From a virus (Duplodnaviria > Caudoviricetes), in the IMG/VR virus record IMGVR_UViG_3300025577_000049, positions 1 through 28,016 of that record: a DNA stretch of 28,016 bases; one strand, 5' to 3'. The position numbers and the translations under genes are program-made. Positions 18,407-25,377 of this stretch are shown piece after piece (position 1 is the first letter of the stretch; each line of letters starts with the position of its first letter). A model generated the notes under the pieces. It ran no database searches. It saw only the letters and a list, made by a program, of their open reading frames with translations, and was not told the origin of the DNA.

Positions 18407-18834
18407 TACGCGGCTTCCTTGTATTTTGAATAGGTTTGTAATGATGGCTCTGACCAGGCTACGTTTCGCTCAGATCCAAATGCGTAAATCAATTCAATTA
18501 GTTGCGAGAAGCCTTCTTTATCTAAAAGGCTACTTCGCTTAGACAGGCCAACGAACCCACCATCAAGCCCAGGTACAGCGCGTTGTTTATGTAGGCTAGA
18601 CATGAACATTGTTTTCCAATCTTCTGAGTCGAGAGTTTCGTCATACCAATTCACCTGTTTTTGAACGTCAGCCAGCATAGGCCACATCTTTTTATTCTGA
18701 CTTTGGCTTCTGGCTTTGCGCCTCAACACAACTTCCACTGGGCCAATAAACAGACCCTTGTTAATCATTTGAATAATTTGCTGGATCATTCCTGATACGT
18801 TTTTATTGTCTACGCTGAAAATAACTTCGCTCAT
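18406..18834 (-). CDS. ninB: NinB/Orf recombination protein
   Basis: RSQSQNKKMWPMLADVQKQVNW...EDWK...VPGLDGGFV...FSQLIELIYAFG; start ATG 18834 (ATGA overlap). Confidence 0.9.
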   Translation of the reverse strand: MSEVIFSVDNKNVSGMIQQIIQMINKGLFIGPVEVVLRRKARSQSQNKKMWPMLADVQKQVNWYDETLDSEDWKTMFMSSLHKQRAVPGLDGGFVGLSKRSSLLDKEGFSQLIELIYAFGSERNVAWSEPSLQTYSKYKEAA

Positions 18835-19109
18835 AGTGCTTCGGCCCACTTAGACATTGGCAACCTAGCCAACTTCATACTCAGTCGCAGATCCCACGCA
18901 CATGGGCGTTCACTCAAAGGCCCGAACTTATATTCTGGGTCACTTATCGCAAACTTGTAGTCAGTCAGTGGAAGATGATTCTTTTTGCAGTAGCGTATAG
19001 CCCTGATGTCGTGTCTGGTAATTCCCATAGTCGCAGCAATAGACCAAGCTGGAACATGAGCATTGTATTTTTTGATGACATCTACGCATTGATCGTGATT
19101 GAGAGTCAT
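18831..19109 (-). CDS. Hypothetical protein with an HTH-like N-terminus
   Basis: AWSIAATMGITRHDIRAI; ATGA-coupled on both sides. Confidence 0.6.
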   Translation of the reverse strand: MTLNHDQCVDVIKKYNAHVPAWSIAATMGITRHDIRAIRYCKKNHLPLTDYKFAISDPEYKFGPLSERPCAWDLRLSMKLARLPMSKWAEAL

Positions 19110-19957
19110 GCTGCAACCTCCATAATGGCTCGACCAATAATTTCTGGAATTTGTGGCACAACTGAATTACCCAACCTTGCTAATCTGTGGCTGTATGATT
19201 TATCCCATACCCCATCAACCACTCGACCCACTGAGGGTTCAGTTTCCCAGATTTGTCCGACACGCTCATACTCAGCGTTACCTGTTTGCCAATCTGTATT
19301 CGCCTCTTTATGCTCGGGGTCGATCTGTTCCCCCTGTCCCTGTTGTCGCTGGCGCACGGAGTCGGCCAGTACCTCCCTGGCGCTCCTGTTACTGCTTCTG
19401 CCGTAAGAGTTGGCGAGTTCCGTTTGTACTCGCTTGGACACGCTGCCTCTTTCGATAAGTGCTTCGTTGGGGTATGCCACAATCCAGACCCTATCTCGGT
19501 GGTGGTGCGCCCCAATGTCTGAAGCCGTGATACAGTGCCATTCTGCATCAAACCCGATCTCGGCCAGGTCATAGAGAAACTTTGCAAACCATCTCCCGGA
19601 GTCTCCAGTAAGCAACCCTGTGACGTTCTCAAAAATTGCAAATTGTGGTCTACACTCGCTAATAATTCTAAGCATCTCAATGTATAGACTGGAGCGTTCT
19701 CCACTAAAGCCTGCTTTCTCCCCTGCTGTTGATAAGTCTTGACAGGGGAATCCCCCGGTAACAACGTCAACTGTTCCTCTGTAATCATGTCCATTTAAAC
19801 TCCTTACATCACTATGTATTGGCACATCAGGCCAATGCTTTCGTAATACTTTCTGCGCGTGTTCATCGAACTCACAAAAAGCGATAGTCTCCATACCAGC
19901 GCGTTCAAGCCCAAGGCTAAAGCCACCAATACCGCTAAACAAATCTAAGACTTTCAT
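19106..19957 (-). CDS. DNA (cytosine-5) methyltransferase, alpha (catalytic) polypeptide
   Basis: Motif I FSGIGG, IV GFPCQ, VI ENV, VIII HHRDRVWIV, X LGNSVVPQ; no motif IX in this frame. Confidence 0.93.
   Translation of the reverse strand: MKVLDLFSGIGGFSLGLERAGMETIAFCEFDEHAQKVLRKHWPDVPIHSDVRSLNGHDYRGTVDVVTGGFPCQDLSTAGEKAGFSGERSSLYIEMLRIISECRPQFAIFENVTGLLTGDSGRWFAKFLYDLAEIGFDAEWHCITASDIGAHHHRDRVWIVAYPNEALIERGSVSKRVQTELANSYGRSSNRSAREVLADSVRQRQQGQGEQIDPEHKEANTDWQTGNAEYERVGQIWETEPSVGRVVDGVWDKSYSHRLARLGNSVVPQIPEIIGRAIMEVAA
19180..19794 (-). CDS. Nested out-of-frame gene; putative methyltransferase beta polypeptide
   Basis: 204 codons inside the MTase gene on the same strand in another frame; AAGGAG SD 5 nt before ATG 19794; ends with motif IX-like GKLNPQWVEWLMGY. 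Confidence 0.75.
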   Translation of the reverse strand: MDMITEEQLTLLPGDSPVKTYQQQGRKQALVENAPVYTLRCLELLASVDHNLQFLRTSQGCLLETPGDGLQSFSMTWPRSGLMQNGTVSRLQTLGRTTTEIGSGLWHTPTKHLSKEAACPSEYKRNSPTLTAEAVTGAPGRYWPTPCASDNRDRGNRSTPSIKRRIQIGKQVTLSMSVSDKSGKLNPQWVEWLMGYGINHTATD

Positions 19958-20202
19958 GCGACCCTCAATAGGCCACGTTTAACGCGATGACTTGTGTCAT
20001 TACCAGCCTCAATAATATTATTTTTATCCAGAAGCTCCCGAACACGACCAGTGACGCGATTAATCTCCCAACCTAAATTTTCAGCAATGTCCTGACGAGT
20101 GATAGGCTGGTTCTCACGAATGACTTTAAGAACCTCAATTCTTGCTTGCCCTGTTACTGGAGCTATGGCAGCTATTGCTTCTAAGCTGTTGTCATGGATC
20201 AT
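19954..20202 (-). CDS. Winged-HTH DNA-binding protein
   Basis: PITRQDIAENLGWEINRVTGRVRELLDKNNI. Confidence 0.8.
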   Translation of the reverse strand: MIHDNSLEAIAAIAPVTGQARIEVLKVIRENQPITRQDIAENLGWEINRVTGRVRELLDKNNIIEAGNDTSHRVKRGLLRVA

Positions 20203-20375
20203 GCGACTCTCCTTTTGTTATATTTTTTTCGTGCTGTCGGGTTTAGCTGTGATTTAAAAATGTGGCACAAGCCACCAGACTCGCCATGAGCAGCTTTTGT
20301 AATTGGCCCCTGGTAGTCATTGATCAATTCTTTGTACGGGCTAACTGGTTTTGGTTCTGCAAGATAGTCTTTCAA
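20199..20375 (-). CDS. Hypothetical 58-aa protein (below the ORF-track cut-off)
   Basis: TTG 20375 (TTGA overlap) to TGA 20199 (ATGA overlap) fills the gap exactly: MKDYLAEPKPVSPYKELINDYQGP...KKYNKRRVA. Confidence 0.65.
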   Translation of the reverse strand: MKDYLAEPKPVSPYKELINDYQGPITKAAHGESGGLCHIFKSQLNPTARKKYNKRRVA

Positions 20376-20644
20376 AGCTCTACTCCCTCTGATATTGCAA
20401 AATAACCCTTAGTCAAATTCCAACGTCTGTGTTCACGTTTTAATAGTCGCTCAGTTTCCAAGCTGCGCTCTGTCTCAAGTGGGGTTTGATGCCCCAATTC
20501 ACGATGGTGCTGGAGCAATTTAAGCTCGTTACCAATAGCGATCTGCCTGTTCTTTTCGCTTACCCTTCGACTGCCAGCCAGAATTGAACTGAACACTGCG
20601 TTTTCGAGAACTTTTGTTTTGACGCTTTCACTGCCTGAGATCAT
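20372..20644 (-). CDS. Hypothetical protein downstream of the replication initiator
   Basis: 90-aa ORF with AAGGA SD; no recognisable family. Confidence 0.6.
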   Translation of the reverse strand: MISGSESVKTKVLENAVFSSILAGSRRVSEKNRQIAIGNELKLLQHHRELGHQTPLETERSLETERLLKREHRRWNLTKGYFAISEGVEL

Positions 20645-20655
20645 TTTGTATTCCT

Positions 20656-21381
20656 TTACCAGTTGGTGTTATCAATATCGAGTACGTTTGCCGTAATAGA
20701 TTTTCTTCTAGCTTGTGATTCAGTAATATTACCTTTGGGTTGATTAGCGTTTTCTTTCCTCACCCATGATCTAGCTACCGCCTTCCAATCCTTCATTGGA
20801 GTTTTCCCGCGCTTCCAATTCTTGTCCTCGTAGTAATCAATAAATTCATCAGAAAGGTATTTATAAACATATAAAGTTTCTTGATTGCCGTACTCAGCCA
20901 TGTATTCAGAAACATCTTTAAGATTAGGTTTTATAAAACTGGAGGCAGAACTCTTTATTGGTTTGTTAATATGGTTTGTTATTTGGTCTGTTCTTTGTAC
21001 ATGGTCTCTCAGTCCAAGATCGTAGTTGGTGTCTGAGTCCAAATTGGAGTTGGTGTCTTCGTCCAATTTGGTGTCTAAGACCAACTTGGCATCTGAGTCC
21101 AAATTGATAAGTCTTTCTGGCATACACATCGTGTATTGATTGCAGCCCGTAAAACCCTTCTTCTTCTTAGTCAGCCAACCTTTTTTAGCTAGGCTAGTCG
21201 TGATCTTAGAAATGCGAGTCTTGTCATTAATGTTAGAACGCTCTGAAAGCGCATCTAAGCTAGGAAAAACTAACTCAGTGACTTTGCCCCGATAGCTAAA
21301 CAAAGCCAGCAGGACACGCCTCTCTGGATCAGACAGTAGCGAATCAGTTAAAGCCTCTAGTGGTGCAACAAGTAAATTCAT
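20656..21381 (-). CDS. Phage replication initiator (lambda O-like replisome organiser)
   Basis: N-terminal wHTH (FPSLDALSERSNI...SLAKKGWL), repetitive linker, C-terminal FIDYYEDKNW.RGKTPMKDWKAVARSW. Confidence 0.85.
   Translation of the reverse strand: MNLLVAPLEALTDSLLSDPERRVLLALFSYRGKVTELVFPSLDALSERSNINDKTRISKITTSLAKKGWLTKKKKGFTGCNQYTMCMPERLINLDSDAKLVLDTKLDEDTNSNLDSDTNYDLGLRDHVQRTDQITNHINKPIKSSASSFIKPNLKDVSEYMAEYGNQETLYVYKYLSDEFIDYYEDKNWKRGKTPMKDWKAVARSWVRKENANQPKGNITESQARRKSITANVLDIDNTNW
21011..21106. repeat. Iteron-like repeats within the initiator gene (putative origin)
   Basis: TTGG(T/C)(G/A)TCT at 21026, 21050, 21068 and 21086, interleaved with G(T/A)CCAA; AT-rich TGGTTTGTTA repeats adjacent at about 20958-20990. 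Confidence 0.7.
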
Positions 21382-21409
21382 ACGCAGCTCGACATTTTAG
21401 AATTTTTAT

Positions 21410-21607
21410 CTATTTATTAATTTTCTTGATCGGCATTAGGTCTTGGAAGACACTAAGCTCACTGAATCGTTTTTCACGTTTTTCAATCAAGGTGGCTCTT
21501 ATGTATGTAGACACATCAACCCCCATTAGCGAGGCATCAGCCTTTGCAAACGCGTATAACTCATCGTCAAAAGATGAGGTCACTGAGTTGCTTAGTTTAT
21601 CGGTCAT
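21410..21607 (-). CDS. Small regulator in the CII position (ribbon-helix-helix-like)
   Basis: VTSSFDDELYAFAKADASLMGVDVSTYIRATL; ATGA-coupled to cro. Confidence 0.55.
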   Translation of the reverse strand: MTDKLSNSVTSSFDDELYAFAKADASLMGVDVSTYIRATLIEKREKRFSELSVFQDLMPIKKINK

Positions 21608-21813
21608 GCCACCGCCTCTGACCCATCAGCTTGATCTTTTTGATAATGAGAAATGTCATACACAAGCTCACCAGACGTTAGTAAATGAAGTTCAGCCGCT
21701 CTTCCCTTGGGTATCACATCGCCCCAGTAGTGGACAGCAATCGGTGTAATTGACAAGAACTTGGCAACCTTAGTAGCAGTGCCAAAGTGTTCGATTACGT
21801 TAGTTTTTAACAT
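21604..21813 (-). CDS. cro: Cro-like repressor (P22 Cro/DicC family)
   Basis: Start ATG 21813 with GAGGT SD; VIEHFGTATKVAKFLSITPIAVHYWGDVIPKGRA..L..LTSGEL; divergent from cI. Confidence 0.88.
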   Translation of the reverse strand: MLKTNVIEHFGTATKVAKFLSITPIAVHYWGDVIPKGRAAELHLLTSGELVYDISHYQKDQADGSEAVA

Positions 21814-21826
21814 AGCTACCTCTTTT

Positions 21827-21907
21827 TTAAGATAACTGATTATTACACAAGCTAACATTTGAATCAAATAGATTTAAGCTTATTTAAGTAAAATTAACTT
21901 TACTTAA
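21827..21907. promoter_or_regulatory. OR-like operator region with TTAAG-N4-CTTAA-like sites
   Basis: TTAAGATAACTGAT (21827), TTAAGCTTATTTAA (21874), TTAACTTTACTTAA (21894); same consensus as the perfect palindrome at 22924. Confidence 0.55.
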
Positions 21908-21927
21908 TAAATGTTAAGAGATTAGAC

Positions 21928-22563
21928 ATGGATACAGTTGGAAAGCGCATTTACACTAGAAGAAAAGAATTAAAGCTGACTCAGACTGCTGTAGCAGCCA
22001 TGATAGGCGTTAGCTCTGCTTCCCTGACGTACTGGGAGCGCGATGAGATCGAACCTAAGAATAAGAATATGGCAGCTTTGGCGAGAGCCTTAGACTGTGC
22101 GCCAGATTACCTACTATTTGGCGCAACATTTGGTGGTGACGTTTCGTTTGTTACTATTAACGCAAGAGTCCCCCTAATTGGGTGGGATAAATTATCAACA
22201 TTTATAGAGGGTGAAGTTATGGATAAAGATGACAAGGCCGAGGATTGGATATACTGTCCTGTCCAGTGTGCTAAGTCGACATTCGCATTAAGAGTAAAAG
22301 GCGACCAAATGGAATCTCCCTACCCAGGGAAAAGGTCGTACCCAGAAGGTATTGTAATTTTTGTTGATCCAACCATTAAGGTTGAAAATGGATCACGGGT
22401 AATATCTAGACGGCTAGACTCAACAGAGGCTACGTTTAAAGAGTATTACGAAGATGATGGTAAAAAGTATTTGAAGCCAATCAATCCGCAATACCCTACC
22501 TCAGAAATGGATGAAGATACTATAATAATAGGCGTGGTAATCGGCTCATTTGTAGCAGAGTGA
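21928..22563 (+). CDS. cI: CI-like repressor (HTH_3 plus S24-fold domain), predicted non-autocleavable
   Basis: RRKELKLTQTAVAAMIGVSSASLTYWE HTH; FALRVKGDQM...IFVDP...EATFKEY...LKPINPQYP. Confidence 0.92.
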   Translation: MDTVGKRIYTRRKELKLTQTAVAAMIGVSSASLTYWERDEIEPKNKNMAALARALDCAPDYLLFGATFGGDVSFVTINARVPLIGWDKLSTFIEGEVMDKDDKAEDWIYCPVQCAKSTFALRVKGDQMESPYPGKRSYPEGIVIFVDPTIKVENGSRVISRRLDSTEATFKEYYEDDGKKYLKPINPQYPTSEMDEDTIIIGVVIGSFVAE

Positions 22564-22838
22564 ACTTTTTTTTGATTATTACATCATATAAATCTAATTA
22601 TAAAAAAAAGGTATAAATGTTAGTTATAAATCTGAATAACAATCGAAGTCGTTCGATGTATTGGCACACGCAGTCTTGCTGGTGTTGGTGGATAATACAT
22701 ACGGACAACGACAAAGACTGTTGGCCGAAATGGAGTGTGTTAGAAAGCAAAATTAACTTTCTTTCATTCGGGTGCAACTCAACCTCAACATCGCCTCAAG
22801 GGCCACCTATTAAGTAACCTCAAAATAATTGCCAACGG

Positions 22839-22862
22839 ATCTCCTCAATGGAGATTTTTTTT
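22839..22862 (+). terminator. Rho-independent terminator ending the cI transcript
   Basis: ATCTCC-TCAAT-GGAGAT followed by a T run. Confidence 0.75.
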
Positions 22863-22912
22863 GGCCTAAATTTTAAGGCAGCATGACACTTATCAACACT
22901 TATCAAAAACAT

Positions 22913-22941
22913 TTGACTTATTATTTAAGTTAACTTAAAAT
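22913..22941 (+). promoter_or_regulatory. PL-like sigma70 promoter with embedded operator
   Basis: TTGACT (22913-22918), 17 nt spacer, TAAAAT (22936-22941); perfect palindrome TTTAAGTTAACTTAAA at 22924-22939. Confidence 0.8.
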
Positions 22942-22973
22942 AGCTGCATACCAATTAAGAACTGGAGCAGCAA

Positions 22974-23318
22974 ATGAACTCAATCAACCATTGCCACATT
23001 ACTAGTCAGGTCAACATTCACACCGATGTTATTGATGCACCTGACTATCTTCTTGAAGATGCTTTTAACGAGCTTAAAGATGATCTTCTTTATGATAGCT
23101 ATATCAAGATTGGAACGACCCATTATTATGTTGACGACCTTTTCCAGTATGGAGATGAGGACGAACAGATGCGTGTCATATATTTAGCCTTCCGCTTTCC
23201 CGATGAAGCACAACAGCTTTCACAAGACGTTATTACTAAGTGCGCTGCTGTTTACTTTAAAGACCACCACCCAGAGCTAACTTTGCAATATCACGCAGAA
23301 AAACACTCGGAGCATTAA
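22974..23318 (+). CDS. Hypothetical acidic early protein (first gene of the PL operon)
   Basis: GGAG SD; 114 aa; no recognisable family. Confidence 0.7.
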   Translation: MNSINHCHITSQVNIHTDVIDAPDYLLEDAFNELKDDLLYDSYIKIGTTHYYVDDLFQYGDEDEQMRVIYLAFRFPDEAQQLSQDVITKCAAVYFKDHHPELTLQYHAEKHSEH

Positions 23319-23320
23319 CT

Positions 23321-23410
23321 ATGACTAAAGAGACTTTTGTGATCAATGCATTAGGTGTAGTTATCTGGATCGTTTGCACAGTCTGGTGGACAGTCGGAAT
23401 GACCGCATGA
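23321..23410 (+). CDS. 29-aa single-TM microprotein
   Basis: Not in the track; GGAG SD; MTKETFVINALGVVIWIVCTVWWTVGMTA. Confidence 0.65.
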   Translation: MTKETFVINALGVVIWIVCTVWWTVGMTA

Positions 23411-23472
23411 GTGCCTCTGTACAAGCCTGGTTGTTTGTAATCGTAATAATTTTAATGGGAGTAGAACTATGA
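23407..23472 (+). CDS. 21-aa hydrophobic microprotein
   Basis: Not in the track; ATGA overlaps at both ends; MSASVQAWLFVIVIILMGVEL. Confidence 0.6.
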   Translation: MSASVQAWLFVIVIILMGVEL

Positions 23473-23660
23473 ACTTTTTGAATGACATGACCCCCACGCC
23501 ATTTTTAGCTGCTGTACAGGCTGACATAGATTGGCAGGCAGTTGGGGAAAACAATAACCCTTACTCAGCTAAAAGCCAGCCAGAAGCGCGTCAGGCTTAC
23601 GATGATCGGTTTGAGCAAGTCAGGAATGAATGGGAACAATTTACTGGGAGTGTAGCGTAA
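23469..23660 (+). CDS. Hypothetical 63-aa early protein
   Basis: GGAG SD; coupled to both neighbours; G..NNPY motif. Confidence 0.65.
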   Translation: MNFLNDMTPTPFLAAVQADIDWQAVGENNNPYSAKSQPEARQAYDDRFEQVRNEWEQFTGSVA

Positions 23661-24235
23661 TGGATATTTTAACGATGTTGAATATGCCCTTTAGCAAAGC
23701 GGAAGTTGAATTTAAACCAGGTGGTGGTCAACAGTTGGCGTATATAGACGCAAGAGCAGTAATGAAACGACTTGATGAAGTTATGGGAATTGATGGTTGG
23801 CAGGACTCTTATAAATCTATTGAGAATAGAACAATCTGTGAACTTTCATTAAAGATTAATGGAATATGGATTACTAAATCTGATGGGGCTGGAGACACAA
23901 AAATTGAAGGTGCAAAAGGTGGCATCTCATCTTCATTTAAACGAGCGGCTGTAAAGTTTGGTGTTGGTAGATACTTATATTATTTACCAAAGGAAGTAAA
24001 TTCTTTTGAACAAATGCCTAGTTGGGCATTGCAAAGCACAACAAGAACCGACAAAGAATTAATGCAAAAAGTTTTAATCGCTTTACTTGAGGCTATTGAG
24101 TCAGATGATTCAGTGTTAGCTAAAGAAGCAATGGAAGGTCTTTCTGAGCGTGAGCAAAGCTACGTTTGGAGCATGACTAGTAGTAAACAAAAAACAGCAA
24201 TTCATTCATTAACTTATCAAGAAGAGGCAGCATAA
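23660..24235 (+). CDS. Rad52/Sak-family single-strand annealing recombinase
   Basis: LAYIDARAVMKRLDEVMG..GWQ...KSDGA...KGGISSSFKRAAVKFGVGRYLY; start ATG 23660 (TAATG overlap). Confidence 0.9.
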   Translation: MDILTMLNMPFSKAEVEFKPGGGQQLAYIDARAVMKRLDEVMGIDGWQDSYKSIENRTICELSLKINGIWITKSDGAGDTKIEGAKGGISSSFKRAAVKFGVGRYLYYLPKEVNSFEQMPSWALQSTTRTDKELMQKVLIALLEAIESDDSVLAKEAMEGLSEREQSYVWSMTSSKQKTAIHSLTYQEEAA

Positions 24236-24672
24236 TGTTAGCTAAATTAGTTCGATTGGGCCGCGATGCGGAAGTACGTTATACACCAAAGGGAGACCCA
24301 GTGGCCTCTCTCGCTATGGTCTATGACGTAGGATTTGGTGATAGTAAACGAGGGCAGTGGATCGATGGAACCTTGTGGGGTAAACGAGCGGAAAGCTTAG
24401 GGCCATACCTAACCAAAGGTACTCAGGTTGTGCTTTATGCCGATGATGTAGAGCTTGAGCAGTTCATGAAAAAAGATGGCACTCAGGGCGCAAAGTTAAA
24501 GTGTCGTGTTAGTGATCTTAGCCTAGTATCTGGTGGCCCTTCGGTTAGGTCAGGTCACCCCCATGCCAAGGAAGCTCAAAATGCAGAAAAGGCCAAGGCT
24601 GCTGTAATGGCTGAGTGGGACCAAGGTCCAGGCAAAGGCGATGGTTTTGGTGATGACGATGTTCCTTTTTAG
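24235..24672 (+). CDS. ssb: Single-stranded DNA-binding protein
   Basis: RLGRDAEVRYT...WGKRAE.L..YLTKG; acidic tail DDDVPF. Confidence 0.95.
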   Translation: MLAKLVRLGRDAEVRYTPKGDPVASLAMVYDVGFGDSKRGQWIDGTLWGKRAESLGPYLTKGTQVVLYADDVELEQFMKKDGTQGAKLKCRVSDLSLVSGGPSVRSGHPHAKEAQNAEKAKAAVMAEWDQGPGKGDGFGDDDVPF

Positions 24673-24680
24673 GAGGCGCT

Positions 24681-24914
24681 ATGAATGAATTTGTAGAAGT
24701 GACGGAAATATTTCAAGCAAGAGTTCATGGGGCTTACGTCTACCATAAAAAAGGTAGGGTTCTTTTAAACAAGGCCCACATCGTGTCAGTAAGTGAAGTT
24801 GGGCATGAAGCGGAGGCATTCTTTGTAGATTTTTTTACCATTGGTGATGATGAAAAATATATGTATGTCGATGCCATATCCGCTGCAACGATTACAGGCT
24901 TGAGGGTTGGGTAA
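24681..24914 (+). CDS. Hypothetical 77-aa protein
   Basis: AGGAGG SD; TAATG-coupled to the next gene. Confidence 0.7.
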   Translation: MNEFVEVTEIFQARVHGAYVYHKKGRVLLNKAHIVSVSEVGHEAEAFFVDFFTIGDDEKYMYVDAISAATITGLRVG

Positions 24915-25159
24915 TGAATACTAAAGTGCAAGTGCCTTTTACAAGGCGGTTACAAGGCGCTTACAAGGCGTTTACAGTGCAAGTACCAGTGCCGATCACT
25001 ATGGTTAGCAACCAAGACTTGATTGACGAGCTTAATAGGCGAGAAGTAAAGGTTAAATGGGCTAGAATAGTTATGTCGCCAAACTCTAAGCCCAAAGATC
25101 GAGTAAAGTTAGGGTTAAGCCCTAGCACAATAATTGAAGAAATGGATTGCAGAAAATGA
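24914..25159 (+). CDS. Hypothetical 81-aa protein
   Basis: Coupled to both neighbours. Confidence 0.6.
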   Translation: MNTKVQVPFTRRLQGAYKAFTVQVPVPITMVSNQDLIDELNRREVKVKWARIVMSPNSKPKDRVKLGLSPSTIIEEMDCRK

Positions 25160-25377
25160 GTAGATTAATGACGATTGATGAGTACATGGATCGCACCTTT
25201 TCTAAAGCTTCACAACCTCACATTAACACTGTGAGGCGTTGGATCAGAGAGGGTAAGTTAAGCGCGATCAAGATGGGCCGATCTTATTACATTGAAGATC
25301 AGGCTGGGGAAGAGTACGCTAACGACTCTGATAAAAATAAAATGGACGCTGTCATGGCGAAAATACTAAGTGCCTAA
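25156..25377 (+). CDS. xis: Excisionase (lambda Xis-like)
   Basis: LMTIDEY...PHINTVRRWIREGKL.AIKMGRSYYI; overlaps int; start ATG 25156 (ATGA overlap). Confidence 0.85.
   Translation: MSRLMTIDEYMDRTFSKASQPHINTVRRWIREGKLSAIKMGRSYYIEDQAGEEYANDSDKNKMDAVMAKILSA

Noticed and set aside
146-19522. Many plus-strand ORFs of 60-143 aa opposite the late and replication genes (e.g. 406..762, 18975..19406, 19153..19458)
   Set aside because: Antisense shadows of well-supported genes, with no SD or recognisable motifs
21011-21106. Repeats as a mini-CRISPR array
   Set aside because: Units are short and degenerate, lack unique 30-40 nt spacers and lie in frame within the initiator gene; better explained as iterons
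21360-21749. 129-aa plus-strand ORF as a possible antirepressor
   Set aside because: Antisense to cro and the CII-position gene, with no SD or antirepressor motif
21814-22973. LexA (SOS) box controlling the switch
   Set aside because: No CTGT-N8-ACAG match found by eye in the intergenic regions; a host with a different LexA consensus cannot be excluded
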